Part shown: in pieces, positions 49,485 through 60,837 of the stretch | Layout: every line of letters starts with the position of its first letter | Position numbering within the stretch: position 1 is the stretch's first letter | From: Candidatus Nomurabacteria bacterium GW2011_GWE2_34_25 | Lineage (GTDB): Bacteria; Patescibacteriota; Minisyncoccia; Phycocordibacterales; UBA9973 | Assembly (NCBI GenBank): GCA_000990325.1 | Contig: LBPS01000005.1 | Coordinates: 17,161-81,160 of the forward strand | Direction: 5' to 3' | Length of the DNA stretch: 64,000 nt | The notes under the pieces: generated by a model | Databases searched by the model: none | Seen by the model: only the letters and a program-made list of their open reading frames with translations | Told to the model about the DNA's origin: nothing | Program-made: the position numbers and the translations under genes

Positions 49485-49712
49485 ATGAAGAAAAACATTC
49501 ACCCAAAATATAACAATAAATCAGTAGTCACATGTGCATGTGGAGCTACTTTCCCCGTAGGATCTACCATGGATAGCATTACAGTTGAAATATGCAGTCA
49601 GTGCCACCCTTTCTATACCGGTAATGAAAAGGTTCTCGACACAGCAGGACGTGTAGACCGCTTCAAGAAGCGTGCAGCCGCAGGTGCAAAGGCAACAAAA
49701 ACAAAAAAGTAA
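49485..49712 (+). CDS. rpmE: 50S ribosomal protein L31
   Basis: [23 protein letters not shown] motifs. Confidence 0.97.
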   Translation: MKKNIHPKYNNKSVVTCACGATFPVGSTMDSITVEICSQCHPFYTGNEKVLDTAGRVDRFKKRAAAGAKATKTKK

Positions 49713-49713
49713 C

Positions 49714-49836
49714 TTAAAAAAATCATAAATAGCTCTTCTCAGAGGGTCCGCATAATTTCTTGCTAGAAATTTGCTCATTGCTCAGTCCGTCGACCTCCGC
49801 CGGCCCCTCTGATAAGACTATTTATGATTTTTTTAA
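49714..49836. repeat. Structured intergenic element, family A copy 2
   Basis: Core identical to 10536-10575; arms ttaaaaaaatcataaatag / ctatttatgatttttttaa. Confidence 0.8.
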
Positions 49837-49864
49837 TACTCTTTTATTTGATATAATAAAAAAT

Positions 49865-50839
49865 ATGAATTTAGATTTAGAACAACTCAAGAAAGATCAC
49901 AAGACTAGCTATTTCGCTCTAGAATACGAGCGCCTTTTAATTGAAGAAGAAAAAGTAAATGATATGGTAGCTCTTGATGAAAGTCTACGTGACCTTGCAG
50001 AAGAGGAAATCCAAAATATTAAATTTCAAAAGGAAGCAATTGAAAGACAATTAGAAGAAATAATGAAAAGGGATATAGAGGAAGAAGAGTTCCCCAATGA
50101 AATTATCCTTGAAGTTCGCGCTGGAGCTGGAGGGGATGAAGCTTCACTTTTCGCATGGGAGCTTGCTCATATGTACGAAAGATTCTCTGAAGAGAAAAAT
50201 TGGAATTGGAAAATTCTCAATGAATCCTTAAGTAGTGCTGGTGGGTACAAAGAAGCATCGATAGAAGTAAAAGGTAAAGATGTATACAAGCTTCTACGCT
50301 ACGAGACCGGAGTTCATAGAGTACAACGTATTCCTGCCACAGAGAAAAATGGAAGAATACATACTTCGACAGCGTCAGTTGCTGTTCTTCCTTTGAAAAA
50401 GAAAACAACAATAGTCATAAATCCTGCAGATATAGAGATAGAGTACTCACGCTCAGGTGGAGCAGGAGGGCAGAATGTAAACAAAGTAGAGACAGCTGTT
50501 CGTCTTATACATAAGCCGACAGGAGAAGATGTTCGTTGTACTACGGAGAGAACCCAACTTGGCAACAGAGAAAAGGCTATGATGATGCTTACCTCTAAGC
50601 TTCAAATGATTAAAGATGAGGAAGATGCTAAAAAATATTCAGGGGACAGAAAAGCTCAAATAGGTACAAATGATAGAAGTGAGAAGATCCGCACCTACAA
50701 CTTCCCGCAAGATAGAGTCACCGACCACCGCATCAAGCAATCTTGGTCCAATATTCCTGGAATAATGGAGGGGAATATAAGTAGAATCATAGAAGCCCTT
50801 TCAAGTGGACAAGTAGGGGATGCAGAGGAAGAGGAGTAA
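49865..50839 (+). CDS. prfA: Peptide chain release factor 1
   Basis: PAT motif, [24 protein letters not shown]; ATG 49865 follows TGATATAAT. Confidence 0.95.
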   Translation: MNLDLEQLKKDHKTSYFALEYERLLIEEEKVNDMVALDESLRDLAEEEIQNIKFQKEAIERQLEEIMKRDIEEEEFPNEIILEVRAGAGGDEASLFAWELAHMYERFSEEKNWNWKILNESLSSAGGYKEASIEVKGKDVYKLLRYETGVHRVQRIPATEKNGRIHTSTASVAVLPLKKKTTIVINPADIEIEYSRSGGAGGQNVNKVETAVRLIHKPTGEDVRCTTERTQLGNREKAMMMLTSKLQMIKDEEDAKKYSGDRKAQIGTNDRSEKIRTYNFPQDRVTDHRIKQSWSNIPGIMEGNISRIIEALSSGQVGDAEEEE

Positions 50840-50993
50840 TTCCTTGCTATATTTTCCTATCTCTGGTATAATTCCACCCAGTAGTTAGCTTATGTTTTGG
50901 TATTAGTTTCATTCTTCGTTGTGCTAAATTCTTTTGGACATTGAGGTATGTAAATGAAATCAGCTTCGCGATTACGAGAATACATTGTCATAT

Positions 50994-51278
50994 ATGGCAA
51001 AAAAGTTGTATGTAGGTGGTCTTCCTTATAAGACTACCAACGATGAGCTAAGTGCTCATTTCAGTGCTGCAGGAGCTGTCGCTTCAGCAACTATTATTAT
51101 GGATAAGATGACAGGTCGCTCAAAAGGCTTTGGTTTCGTTGAAATGGAAAACGATTCAGATGCAGCTACAGCTATCTCAATGTTTGATGGAAAGGACTTC
51201 GAAGGAAGAAACCTTACAGTAAACGAAGCTCGTCCTATGGAAGAGCGTCCACAAAATGGTGGAGGTTTCCGCAGATAA
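50994..51278 (+). CDS. RRM RNA-binding protein
   Basis: KLYVGGL (RNP2), KGFGFVEM (RNP1). Confidence 0.95.
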   Translation: MAKKLYVGGLPYKTTNDELSAHFSAAGAVASATIIMDKMTGRSKGFGFVEMENDSDAATAISMFDGKDFEGRNLTVNEARPMEERPQNGGGFRR

Positions 51279-51294
51279 TTAACATTATCCTGAA

Positions 51295-51329
51295 TAAAAA
51301 TCCCTTACTCGAAAGAGCGAGGGATTTTA
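51295..51329 (+). terminator. Terminator after RRM gene
   Basis: aaaatccct...gaaa...agggatttt hairpin. Confidence 0.65.
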
Positions 51330-51396
51330 GTTTGACATATATCAATAGATGTTGTAAGATAGAAGAAAAATTTCATTCACATAAATATTAAAAGTT

Positions 51397-51915
51397 ATGA
51401 AAAAACAGAAGAAACTTTTGTATGAGTTACCTGAGGTACTTTTTTATCAGTTTTTAAATTATTTGGGAATAAAAGATGTAAAGGCTTTTGTTCTTAAGTA
51501 CAAAAATGGTAGAGAATCAAAAATTGCTTGTCTGTATGCAACTTTACCTCGACATGGAAAATATGAAAATCCGACTCTCGTATTGTTAGATTTGAGAAGT
51601 AGAGTTAATGAAACTCAACTGATCATACTAACTGAACCTCCTGTAATTATAGATGGCGAGGTAAAAAATTTATGTAACTATGCAAACATTTCAGCAAAAC
51701 AAAATGGTAGTAAAGATGAGGTCTTTGATATTACATTAACTGCCAATATGTCATATCTTGGTTCTGCCACAATTGGAGATCCCTTCAACAGATTCTCTTT
51801 TCTTTATATGTTAGAACTATCACAAAAAGCTGATGAACTGTTCCATTCGAAACAATTTGAATGGGTAAGTCAATACAAGAAAGAATTATCAGAAAATTAT
51901 GTATTCTTGTATTAA
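51397..51915 (+). CDS. Hypothetical protein
   Basis: 172-aa ORF with upstream TTGACA...TAAGAT promoter-like sequence. Confidence 0.6.
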   Translation: MKKQKKLLYELPEVLFYQFLNYLGIKDVKAFVLKYKNGRESKIACLYATLPRHGKYENPTLVLLDLRSRVNETQLIILTEPPVIIDGEVKNLCNYANISAKQNGSKDEVFDITLTANMSYLGSATIGDPFNRFSFLYMLELSQKADELFHSKQFEWVSQYKKELSENYVFLY

Positions 51916-51942
51916 TCCAATAGCAATTAGTTTTAAACCCAC

Positions 51943-52159
51943 AAAAAAGGACCAGATGATTCTGGTTCTTTATTTTTGTGCGTGTGCTTGGATCGCGAGT
52001 ACGCTTATCTCGCCCTACGGTAGCGGGTACTTTTCAATCTTCGATAATGAAAAGTCTTCCGATTCTCCTCACGGTTCGATTTACTAATCGCAAGATGCAA
52101 ACAAAGCAGTTTGTTTGCTCACGCGCACTTAAAAATCCCACAAGGGGATTTTTAAATTG
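51943..52159 (-). mobile_element. tRNA-3'-associated cassette bounded by a 17-bp duplication of the tRNA-Ile end
   Basis: ttgtgcgtgtgcttgga at 51976-51992 and 52157-52173; scaffold homologous to 36531-36687. Confidence 0.75.
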
Positions 52160-52231
52160 TGCGTGTGCTTGGAATCGGACCAAGGACCTCTGTCTTATCA
52201 GGACAGCGTTCTACCACTGAACTACACACGC
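52160..52231 (-). tRNA. tRNA-Ile (GAT)
   Basis: GCGTGTG/CACACGC acceptor stem; anticodon loop CTGATAA; T-loop TCCGATT. Confidence 0.93.
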
Positions 52232-52332
52232 AAAATACACAATTCAACTCAATTAAAACTCTTTATATATAAAGACTATACCAATATAGCAAAAACTTGA
52301 AAATATCGCAATTATTTGATATAGTAGGGTCG

Positions 52333-52602
52333 GCCATAAGCCATTTTCTTTTTATGAATAATGATGACAAAAAGCAGAAAAAGGAATCATTGTTGAATAG
52401 TGAATATTTACAAGTATTTGCAAGGGTTTCGGCTTGGATTATTACGCCAGTTATCTTCAGTTTAATTATTGGCAAATACTTGGATAATAAATTCGATACA
52501 ACACCATGGATTTTATGTGTATCATTGGCCACCACGTTTACACTCTCAATGTTTATGATTATAAAAATTGCCAAGAAATACATGGATAAAGATTTAAAAT
52601 AA
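52333..52602 (+). CDS. AtpZ/AtpI-family ATP synthase accessory protein
   Basis: IGKYLDNKFDTTPW motif; first gene of the atp operon. Confidence 0.8.
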   Translation, partial: AISHFLFMNNDDKKQKKESLLNSEYLQVFARVSAWIITPVIFSLIIGKYLDNKFDTTPWILCVSLATTFTLSMFMIIKIAKKYMDKDLK

Positions 52603-53531
52603 TGAGCCAAATTAATATAGAAAATCAAATAGGAGAGGCAGAAGCAGTAAACACAGTAGGAACTGGAGCTAGTGAGGAAATATCTCATGAATCCACTTTA
52701 TACGCTGAACCGATAGGACATATCGGTAACTTTACAATCACCAACTCAGTATTTACTACTTGGATAGTTGTTCTAATTGTCCTAGTTGTAACTCTTGCTA
52801 TTAAAATTAAAGCTAAGAAAATTCCAAAGGGAATCCAGAATGGATTTGAAATTATTATAGAGGGAGCAATGAATCTAGCTGATCAGGTCACAGGCAGTAA
52901 GAAGATAACTGCTAAAGTTTTCCCTCTAGCCTTTTCTATTTTCATCTTTGTCCTTATTAGCAACTGGTTAGGAATTTTACCTCTTGGTGGATTTGGGCTA
53001 ATAGAGACTACCGAACACGGAAAAGCATTTATACCATTTATCCGCAGTGGAACAGCTGATATCAATACAACCCTAGCTCTTGGAATCATGTCTGTCATCG
53101 GGGCAAATATCTTTGGTATATTATCTATCGGTGTATGGAAAATGTTCAATAAATATGTTAATGTAAATGCGTTTGGAGAAATGATAAGGAAAGTGAGGAA
53201 GGAGCCAGCGATCCTTATTTCAGCTCCAATCATGTTCTTCGTAGGAGTATTGGAACTTATAGGTGAATTTGCAAAAATAGCTTCACTTTCATTCCGTCTT
53301 TTCGGTAACGTTTTTGCGGGTGAGGTCTTGCTCATGTCTATGAGTGCCATTCTTGCGTATGGATTACCATTACCATTTATGGGGCTTGAGTTATTCGTGG
53401 GATTTATACAGGCATTCATCTTCTCTATATTAACTCTCGTATATTTCACAATTGCCGCTCAAGATCATGATGAACACGAAGAGCACAACGAAAAAGACAA
53501 GTCTACTCATAAAGAGCAAGCCTTGGTGTAG
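52602..53531 (+). CDS. atpB: ATP synthase subunit a
   Basis: SLSFRLFGNVFAGE, QAFIF motifs. Confidence 0.97.
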   Translation: MSQINIENQIGEAEAVNTVGTGASEEISHESTLYAEPIGHIGNFTITNSVFTTWIVVLIVLVVTLAIKIKAKKIPKGIQNGFEIIIEGAMNLADQVTGSKKITAKVFPLAFSIFIFVLISNWLGILPLGGFGLIETTEHGKAFIPFIRSGTADINTTLALGIMSVIGANIFGILSIGVWKMFNKYVNVNAFGEMIRKVRKEPAILISAPIMFFVGVLELIGEFAKIASLSFRLFGNVFAGEVLLMSMSAILAYGLPLPFMGLELFVGFIQAFIFSILTLVYFTIAAQDHDEHEEHNEKDKSTHKEQALV

Positions 53532-53575
53532 TAAAGTAAAGGTCAAACATTATTAGTTAATTGTATCTGAGTTAA

Positions 53576-53815
<240 letters not shown>

Positions 53816-53816
53816 T

Positions 53817-53914
53817 TTACTGTTTACATCTGGTCGTTTGTATCCTTGTCCGTCTGAAGTTCTATCATTCTTTCGGATTAGGATATCTCAAATGACTAGG
53901 AGTAAGAAGTAAAA
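53817..53914 (+). other. Long intercistronic stem-loop between atpE and atpF
   Basis: ctggtcgtttg-tatcct-tccg pairs with cgga-aggata-caaatgactag. Confidence 0.55.
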
Positions 53915-53939
53915 ATTATTAATCATTAATTATAAAATC

Positions 53940-54431
53940 ATGGATTCATTTATATCAACATTTCACATAGATTGGAAAATTCTTATAGCTCAAGCAATAA
54001 ACTTCGGTTTAGTTTTTCTTTTAATTTATTTCTTTGCCTTAAAACCAATAAAGAAAATAATGAAAGAAAGAACTGATAGTATAGAAGGAGGTCTGACGGA
54101 TGCAGTTAAAAATGCAGAATTATTAAAGAAAACGAAAAATGAATATGAGGAGGTCTTGGCAAATGCACGCATAGAAGCCAACACTATCTTCCAAGAAGGG
54201 AAAAAGGAGGCCGAAGACAAGAAAAGGGTAATGATTGAGGATGCAAATAAAGAAATAGGAGAAATGATAGAAAAAGGGAAAAAGTCACTTGAGTCTGAAA
54301 AAACCAAAATGATAGAAGAAGCCAAGAATGAAATAGTATCTCTCGTAGTTAAAGCAACAGAAAAGCTTCTAGAATCCCACAAAGATGCATCCTTCGATGA
54401 GAAAACATTAGAACAAATCAAGAAAATGTAA
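53940..54431 (+). CDS. atpF: ATP synthase subunit b
   Basis: QAINF, KPIKKIMKER, coiled coil. Confidence 0.95.
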   Translation: MDSFISTFHIDWKILIAQAINFGLVFLLIYFFALKPIKKIMKERTDSIEGGLTDAVKNAELLKKTKNEYEEVLANARIEANTIFQEGKKEAEDKKRVMIEDANKEIGEMIEKGKKSLESEKTKMIEEAKNEIVSLVVKATEKLLESHKDASFDEKTLEQIKKM

Positions 54432-54438
54432 CAATTTT

Positions 54439-54846
54439 ATGGCAAGTATTTCAATTAAAAATCTAGCAAGTGCAATATATGAATCCTCACAAGATAAAGA
54501 AGGAGCGGATCTTGAGTCTGCTATTTTAAAGTGTGCTACATATCTTAAAAACAAGAACTTACTTGGGAAAAAAGAAGAGATATTGAAAGCATTACAAAAA
54601 ATCGTAAATAAGGACAATGGAATAATAAATGCAAAAGTAAGTACTGAAATAGAAATCAAAGTTGGAGCAAAAAAAGAAATAGAAGAATTTATAAAGAAAA
54701 GATATAAAGCAAAAGAAGTAATACTAGAAGAGAAGATTGATCCAAAATTACTAGGCGGAATAAAGATAGAAATAGGGGACGAAATCATAGACGCAACACT
54801 AGCCAACAAAATACACCAATTACAAGATTATTTAATAAAAAACTAA
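54439..54846 (+). CDS. atpH: ATP synthase subunit delta (short)
   Basis: [22 protein letters not shown] motif. Confidence 0.9.
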   Translation: MASISIKNLASAIYESSQDKEGADLESAILKCATYLKNKNLLGKKEEILKALQKIVNKDNGIINAKVSTEIEIKVGAKKEIEEFIKKRYKAKEVILEEKIDPKLLGGIKIEIGDEIIDATLANKIHQLQDYLIKN

Positions 54847-54847
54847 C

Positions 54848-56350
54848 ATGAGCAAAAATCACATTGTAGAAAATTTAAGAAAGCAGATAGAGAAATTCCA
54901 AGCCGACACTAAGGTTGAAAAGGTAGGGCACGTAGTTGAAATATTTGACGGTATTGCTCGTGTTTCTGGTCTTTCAGACTTGAAAGCATCAGAAATGGTT
55001 AGCTTCGCTAGTGGATCACTCGGTGTTGCTCTTAACCTAGAAGAAGACACTGTGGGTATAATAGTTCTTGGTGACTTCTCAAAAATTCACGAAGGGGAGG
55101 AAGTTAAAGCCACAGGGAATATCCTTTCTGTACCAGTATCTGATCTACAAATCGGCAGAGTATTGAATGCACTAGGAGAACCAATTGATGGTAAAGGAGT
55201 TATAAAGACAGATAAAAGAAATCCTATTGAAAAAGTAGCCCCAGGGGTTATTACACGTCTTTCGGTTGACCAACCAGTTCAGACAGGTATTAAAGCTATT
55301 GATGCACTTATCCCTATCGGCCGTGGTCAACGTGAGCTTATCATTGGTGACCGTCAGACAGGCAAGACCGCTATCGCTATCGACACAATCTTAAACCAAA
55401 AGGGCCAGAACATGATTTGTGTTTATGTCTCTATCGGGCAGAAAGATTCAAAACTTCGTAAACTACAAACAAGACTAGAAGAAGGAGGTGCCATGAACTA
55501 CACAATCATGGTATCAGCAGGAGCATCAGAGCCAGCAGCACTTGCATATATTGCACCTTACACAGGAGTATCTATCGCTGAATACTTTATGGATCAAGGA
55601 AAAGATGTATTAATTATTTATGATGACTTGTCTAAACACGCTGTGGCTTACCGTGAAATTTCACTTCTACTTCGTCGTCCACCAGGCCGTGAAGCTTACC
55701 CAGGGGACGTCTTCTATTTGCACTCACGTCTTCTAGAACGTGCTTGTAGAAGAAACAAAGAATATGGAGGTGGATCTATTACAGCATTACCAATTATCGA
55801 AACTCAGGCTGGAGACGTATCTGCATATATTCCTACAAACGTTATTTCAATAACTGATGGACAGATCTTCCTTGAAACAGATTTGTTCTACAAGGGCATA
55901 AGACCAGCTGTGAACGTTGGACTTTCAGTATCACGTGTAGGAGGAAATGCTCAAATCAAAGCTATGAAAAAAGTAGCTGGTAAAATCAAGCTTGAGCTTG
56001 CTCAGTATCGTGAACTTGAAGCTTTCGCACAATTCGGCTCTGATCTTGATGAAGGAACAAAGCGTCAACTAGAACGTGGTAAAAGAGCAGTGGAAGTACT
56101 AAAGCAACCTCAATACGCACCAGTAGGAACTGTAGACCAAATTGTAACTCTCTATGCTCTTATCAATGGATTCATTGATGAAGTAAAAGTTGAGAAAGTA
56201 AAAGAATTTGAAGCAGGTCTTGCAGAATACGCAAGTAGAAACGCAAAAACTTTCTATAAAGAAGTAAATGAAACAAAAATGTGGACAGATGCCGGTGAAG
56301 CTGAACTTAAAAAAGTAATCGAAGAATTCGTAGTAAGTTTTAATAAATAA
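54848..56350 (+). CDS. atpA: ATP synthase subunit alpha
   Basis: [20 protein letters not shown] motifs. Confidence 0.99.
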   Translation: MSKNHIVENLRKQIEKFQADTKVEKVGHVVEIFDGIARVSGLSDLKASEMVSFASGSLGVALNLEEDTVGIIVLGDFSKIHEGEEVKATGNILSVPVSDLQIGRVLNALGEPIDGKGVIKTDKRNPIEKVAPGVITRLSVDQPVQTGIKAIDALIPIGRGQRELIIGDRQTGKTAIAIDTILNQKGQNMICVYVSIGQKDSKLRKLQTRLEEGGAMNYTIMVSAGASEPAALAYIAPYTGVSIAEYFMDQGKDVLIIYDDLSKHAVAYREISLLLRRPPGREAYPGDVFYLHSRLLERACRRNKEYGGGSITALPIIETQAGDVSAYIPTNVISITDGQIFLETDLFYKGIRPAVNVGLSVSRVGGNAQIKAMKKVAGKIKLELAQYRELEAFAQFGSDLDEGTKRQLERGKRAVEVLKQPQYAPVGTVDQIVTLYALINGFIDEVKVEKVKEFEAGLAEYASRNAKTFYKEVNETKMWTDAGEAELKKVIEEFVVSFNK

Positions 56351-56352
56351 AT

Positions 56353-57303
56353 ATGGCGGGAACAAAAGAAATAAAACAAAGAATAAAGAGTGTGAAGAAC
56401 ACAAAGAAGATTACAAAAGCGATGGAACTCGTAGCAGCTTCGAAGATGAAGCGTGCTATATTTAAAGCTCTATCTTCTCGTTTATATGCAAATTATTCTT
56501 GGGATTTACTTACGTCTTTATCTGAAAGATTAGATGAGGTGAACAGTCCTTTCTTTGTTGAACAAAAGGTAAATGAAGATTCAAAAACTCTTTTTGTTCT
56601 TATTACCTCTAACGGTGGACTGTGTGGAGCTTATAATTCTCAAATAATAAAGAAAACTGTCTTAGCTCTTAAGGATTCTGCCCAGGTCGGACCTGTGCAA
56701 ATCGATATAATAACAGTTGGAAAGAAGGGGGACAATGCCATGAGAAGAATTGGCCAGAACGTTACCGCTTCATTCTTAGAAATACCAGACAATAGCGCGC
56801 TTTCTGACTTAATACCGATGTCAAAAATGATTATTGACGAATACAAATCGGGTAAATATAATAAAGTTTACATAGCATATACAGACTTTGTTTCAGCTCT
56901 TACGCAAAAACCTCATGTCAAACAAATTCTACCTATTGTAAAAGAAGACTTGAAAGAATTGATAGATGAGTTAGGAGATTCCCCAAAGGCCGGGCCTTTG
57001 GGTACTCCCAAAAGTCCGGTCTTTGGGGAAAATTCGATAAATAAAGTTCCATACATTTTTGAGGGAGATATGAATACAATAGTAGAATCCCTTGCAGAGA
57101 AATTAGTCCGAATGCAGATATACCATATGATACTTGAGTCCAGTGCTAGTGAACAATCCTCTCGTATGATGGCCATGAAGAATGCCTCAGAAGCTGCCGG
57201 AGAAATGATAGACGACCTGACATTAGTATTTAACAAAGCACGTCAGGCAGGTATTACAAGAGAGATATCAGAGATTAGTGCAGGAATGGCGTCAATTAAT
57301 TAA
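56353..57303 (+). CDS. atpG: ATP synthase subunit gamma with palindromic in-frame segments
   Basis: ITKAMELVAASK, GLCGAYN, RQAGITREISEI motifs. Confidence 0.98.
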   Translation: MAGTKEIKQRIKSVKNTKKITKAMELVAASKMKRAIFKALSSRLYANYSWDLLTSLSERLDEVNSPFFVEQKVNEDSKTLFVLITSNGGLCGAYNSQIIKKTVLALKDSAQVGPVQIDIITVGKKGDNAMRRIGQNVTASFLEIPDNSALSDLIPMSKMIIDEYKSGKYNKVYIAYTDFVSALTQKPHVKQILPIVKEDLKELIDELGDSPKAGPLGTPKSPVFGENSINKVPYIFEGDMNTIVESLAEKLVRMQIYHMILESSASEQSSRMMAMKNASEAAGEMIDDLTLVFNKARQAGITREISEISAGMASIN

Positions 57304-57331
57304 GAATTAAAAATCAGGAATTAAGAATTTA
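57298..57331. repeat. Heptamer tandem array (AATTAAG-like, 5 copies)
   Basis: aattaag aattaaa aatcagg aattaag aattta over the atpG stop. Confidence 0.7.
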
Positions 57332-57355
57332 TTATCAATATTATTAGAAAGCTAG

Positions 57356-58721
<1,366 letters not shown>

Positions 58722-58723
<2 letters not shown>

Positions 58724-58756
58724 TTAATAATTACTAATTACCAATTACTAATGAGT
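58722..58756. repeat. Heptamer tandem array (AATTACT-like, 4-5 copies)
   Basis: aattaat aattact aattacc aattact aatgagt spanning the atpD stop to the atpC start. Confidence 0.65.
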
Positions 58757-59197
58757 AAACTACTACAACTTAAAATAGTTACACCAGAAAAACTTATCCT
58801 CGAAGAGGAGGTAGAGTCTGTAACTATACCTACCAAAGAAGGAGAGATAACCATTTTGCCAGATCATGTGCCCCTTATCGCTCCTTTAGCTTCTGGAGAT
58901 ATCGTTTCTTTTGTAAATGGAGAGCATGTGCCAGTCGCTGTCGTAGGTGGATTTGTAGAAGTGAAAACTGGAGATAAAGGTACTACAGAAGTCGCTATCT
59001 TAGCTGACTTTGCTGAACATGTAGGAGACATCACAGAGGAAGCAATTGATAAAGCAAAAACTAAATCGGAAGAACTGCGTAAGCTTGCAGAGAACAAAGA
59101 AGTGGTAGACTTTGAACACTTTGAATCCGAACTCGAACGCTCACTCACAAGAGTTAAAATAGCTGATAAGTGGAAGAATAAAAAATATAGGAGATAA
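58751..59197 (+). CDS. atpC: ATP synthase subunit epsilon
   Basis: IVTPE, GEITILPDHVP, GGFVEV motifs. Confidence 0.96.
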   Translation: MSKLLQLKIVTPEKLILEEEVESVTIPTKEGEITILPDHVPLIAPLASGDIVSFVNGEHVPVAVVGGFVEVKTGDKGTTEVAILADFAEHVGDITEEAIDKAKTKSEELRKLAENKEVVDFEHFESELERSLTRVKIADKWKNKKYRR

Positions 59198-59200
59198 AAG

Positions 59201-59237
59201 AATAGGCCTGCCAGATAAAATCTGGCAGGCCTATTTT
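59201..59237 (+). terminator. Terminator of the atp operon
   Basis: aataggcctgccaga-taaaa-tctggcaggcctatt. Confidence 0.85.
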
Positions 59238-59597
59238 ATTTATTAGTAAAAAACACTAAAAAAAAGAAATCCAAAAGATCCTCAAACCTCTTAGGAAATA
59301 AATACGCAAGAAAAGCTGTTGCTGGAAATAAAACCAACAACAAAATTACAATAATCTGATAATTTTCCATAACAAATATTTTTTAATTTTTTTGACGAAA
59401 AATTATTTTTTTTATCAAAGAGAACAAGATGTTGCCAATTAAGGCTATAGTGGCACACACACCAGCAATAATCATAAAAGAAATTATATCTTTTTCCATT
59501 GGGTCAATTTTTTTAATGTTAGTTTCTTTAACTATATTACTCTATGAAGCGCTAGTCAAGTGATAAAAATTTTAAATAATGATGATATAATCTACCT

Positions 59598-60746
59598 ATG
59601 GAACCCCTAGCTTCAAAAATCAGACCCAGAAGTTTGAAAGAGTTTGTCGGGCAAGAACATCTCGTAGGAGAGAGTAAGCCACTTTCTATTGCTATCAAAG
59701 AGAGGCACATATTCTCATTCATTCTCTGGGGCCCACCAGGTGTCGGGAAAACAACACTAGCTAGAATATATGCAAAAGCTTTAAATGCTGACTATCACGA
59801 ACTCTCGGCTGTCTCTGCTGGTAAAGATGACATCCGACAAATAGTTGAAGGTAAAACAAGCGGCTCACTCCTAGGTCCACGAATTCTTTTCCTCGATGAA
59901 ATTCACCGTTTTAATAAAGCCCAACAAGATTTCCTGCTCCCTTATGTAGAGAGTGGGAGACTTGTACTCATAGGTGCAACTACTGAAAATCCTAGCTTTG
60001 AGGTTATCCCCGCACTTCTTTCTCGTTGTCGTGTCTTTGTAATGGAAGAACTTACCAACGAGGACATGAGAAAAATAATAAAAAGTACAGGACACAAAAT
60101 GAAGAAAGATGCATCAGAATGGCTTGTGTCTATGGCAAAGGGGGACGCTCGCCAAGCTCTCGCCATGATAGAAAACACTATCTCTTTGTATAAAGATATA
60201 ACCATAGAGAATTTCAAAAATACTCTCCAATCTAAGTATCTTCGTTATGATAAAAAAGGGGATGAACACTACAATACTATAAGTGCATTTATAAAGAGTA
60301 TGCGAGCCTCACAACCTGATGCAGCGCTTTACTATATGAACAGAATGTTAGAAGCAGGAGAGGATCCCAAGTTCATAGCTCGTCGGATGGTTATATTTGC
60401 AAGTGAAGATATAGGGCTCGCCTTGCCTACGGCCCTTGTAGTCGCAAATGCTGTGTTCCAAGCTGTTACAACTATCGGTATGCCTGAATGCGGAGAAAAC
60501 TTGGCTCACGGAGTCGTCTATCTTTCAGAAGCTCCTAAAGACAGGAGGGCATACGATGCTTATTTAAAGTCAAAAGATGATGTCATAAAATATGGGAATT
60601 TACCTATACCACTTGAAATAAGGAACCCTGCCACGAAATTAAATAAAAACTTAGGTTATGGTAAAAATTATGAGAAATATACTAGTAAAGATCTCATGCC
60701 GGAGAAACTAAAAAATAGAAAATATTTAGAGATTAAGAAAAAATAA
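59598..60746 (+). CDS. rarA: Replication-associated recombination protein A (MgsA)
   Basis: WGPPGVGKTT, DEIHRFNKAQQD, SAFIKSMR, ASEDIG motifs. Confidence 0.96.
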   Translation: MEPLASKIRPRSLKEFVGQEHLVGESKPLSIAIKERHIFSFILWGPPGVGKTTLARIYAKALNADYHELSAVSAGKDDIRQIVEGKTSGSLLGPRILFLDEIHRFNKAQQDFLLPYVESGRLVLIGATTENPSFEVIPALLSRCRVFVMEELTNEDMRKIIKSTGHKMKKDASEWLVSMAKGDARQALAMIENTISLYKDITIENFKNTLQSKYLRYDKKGDEHYNTISAFIKSMRASQPDAALYYMNRMLEAGEDPKFIARRMVIFASEDIGLALPTALVVANAVFQAVTTIGMPECGENLAHGVVYLSEAPKDRRAYDAYLKSKDDVIKYGNLPIPLEIRNPATKLNKNLGYGKNYEKYTSKDLMPEKLKNRKYLEIKKK

Positions 60747-60837
60747 AAGAATTTTTTAATTTTTTTCTTAACCACTTATTAAATAATTAGTAAAATCCGG
60801 AAGAGTAGTTTTCTTATATAAATGATATAATTAGATT

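Noticed and set aside
49760-49864. N-terminal extension of RF1 in the ORF track
   Set aside because: It runs through the family A repeat; the promoter-like TGATATAAT points to ATG 49865.
51899-52220. ORFs 51899-52087 and 51978-52220
   Set aside because: They overlap the tRNA-Ile gene and its structured cassette in antisense; no protein-like features.
59236-59499. Tiny minus-strand hydrophobic ORFs between atpC and rarA
   Set aside because: Possibly real (for example 59236-59370, 44 aa) but too short and AT-rich to support without homology.
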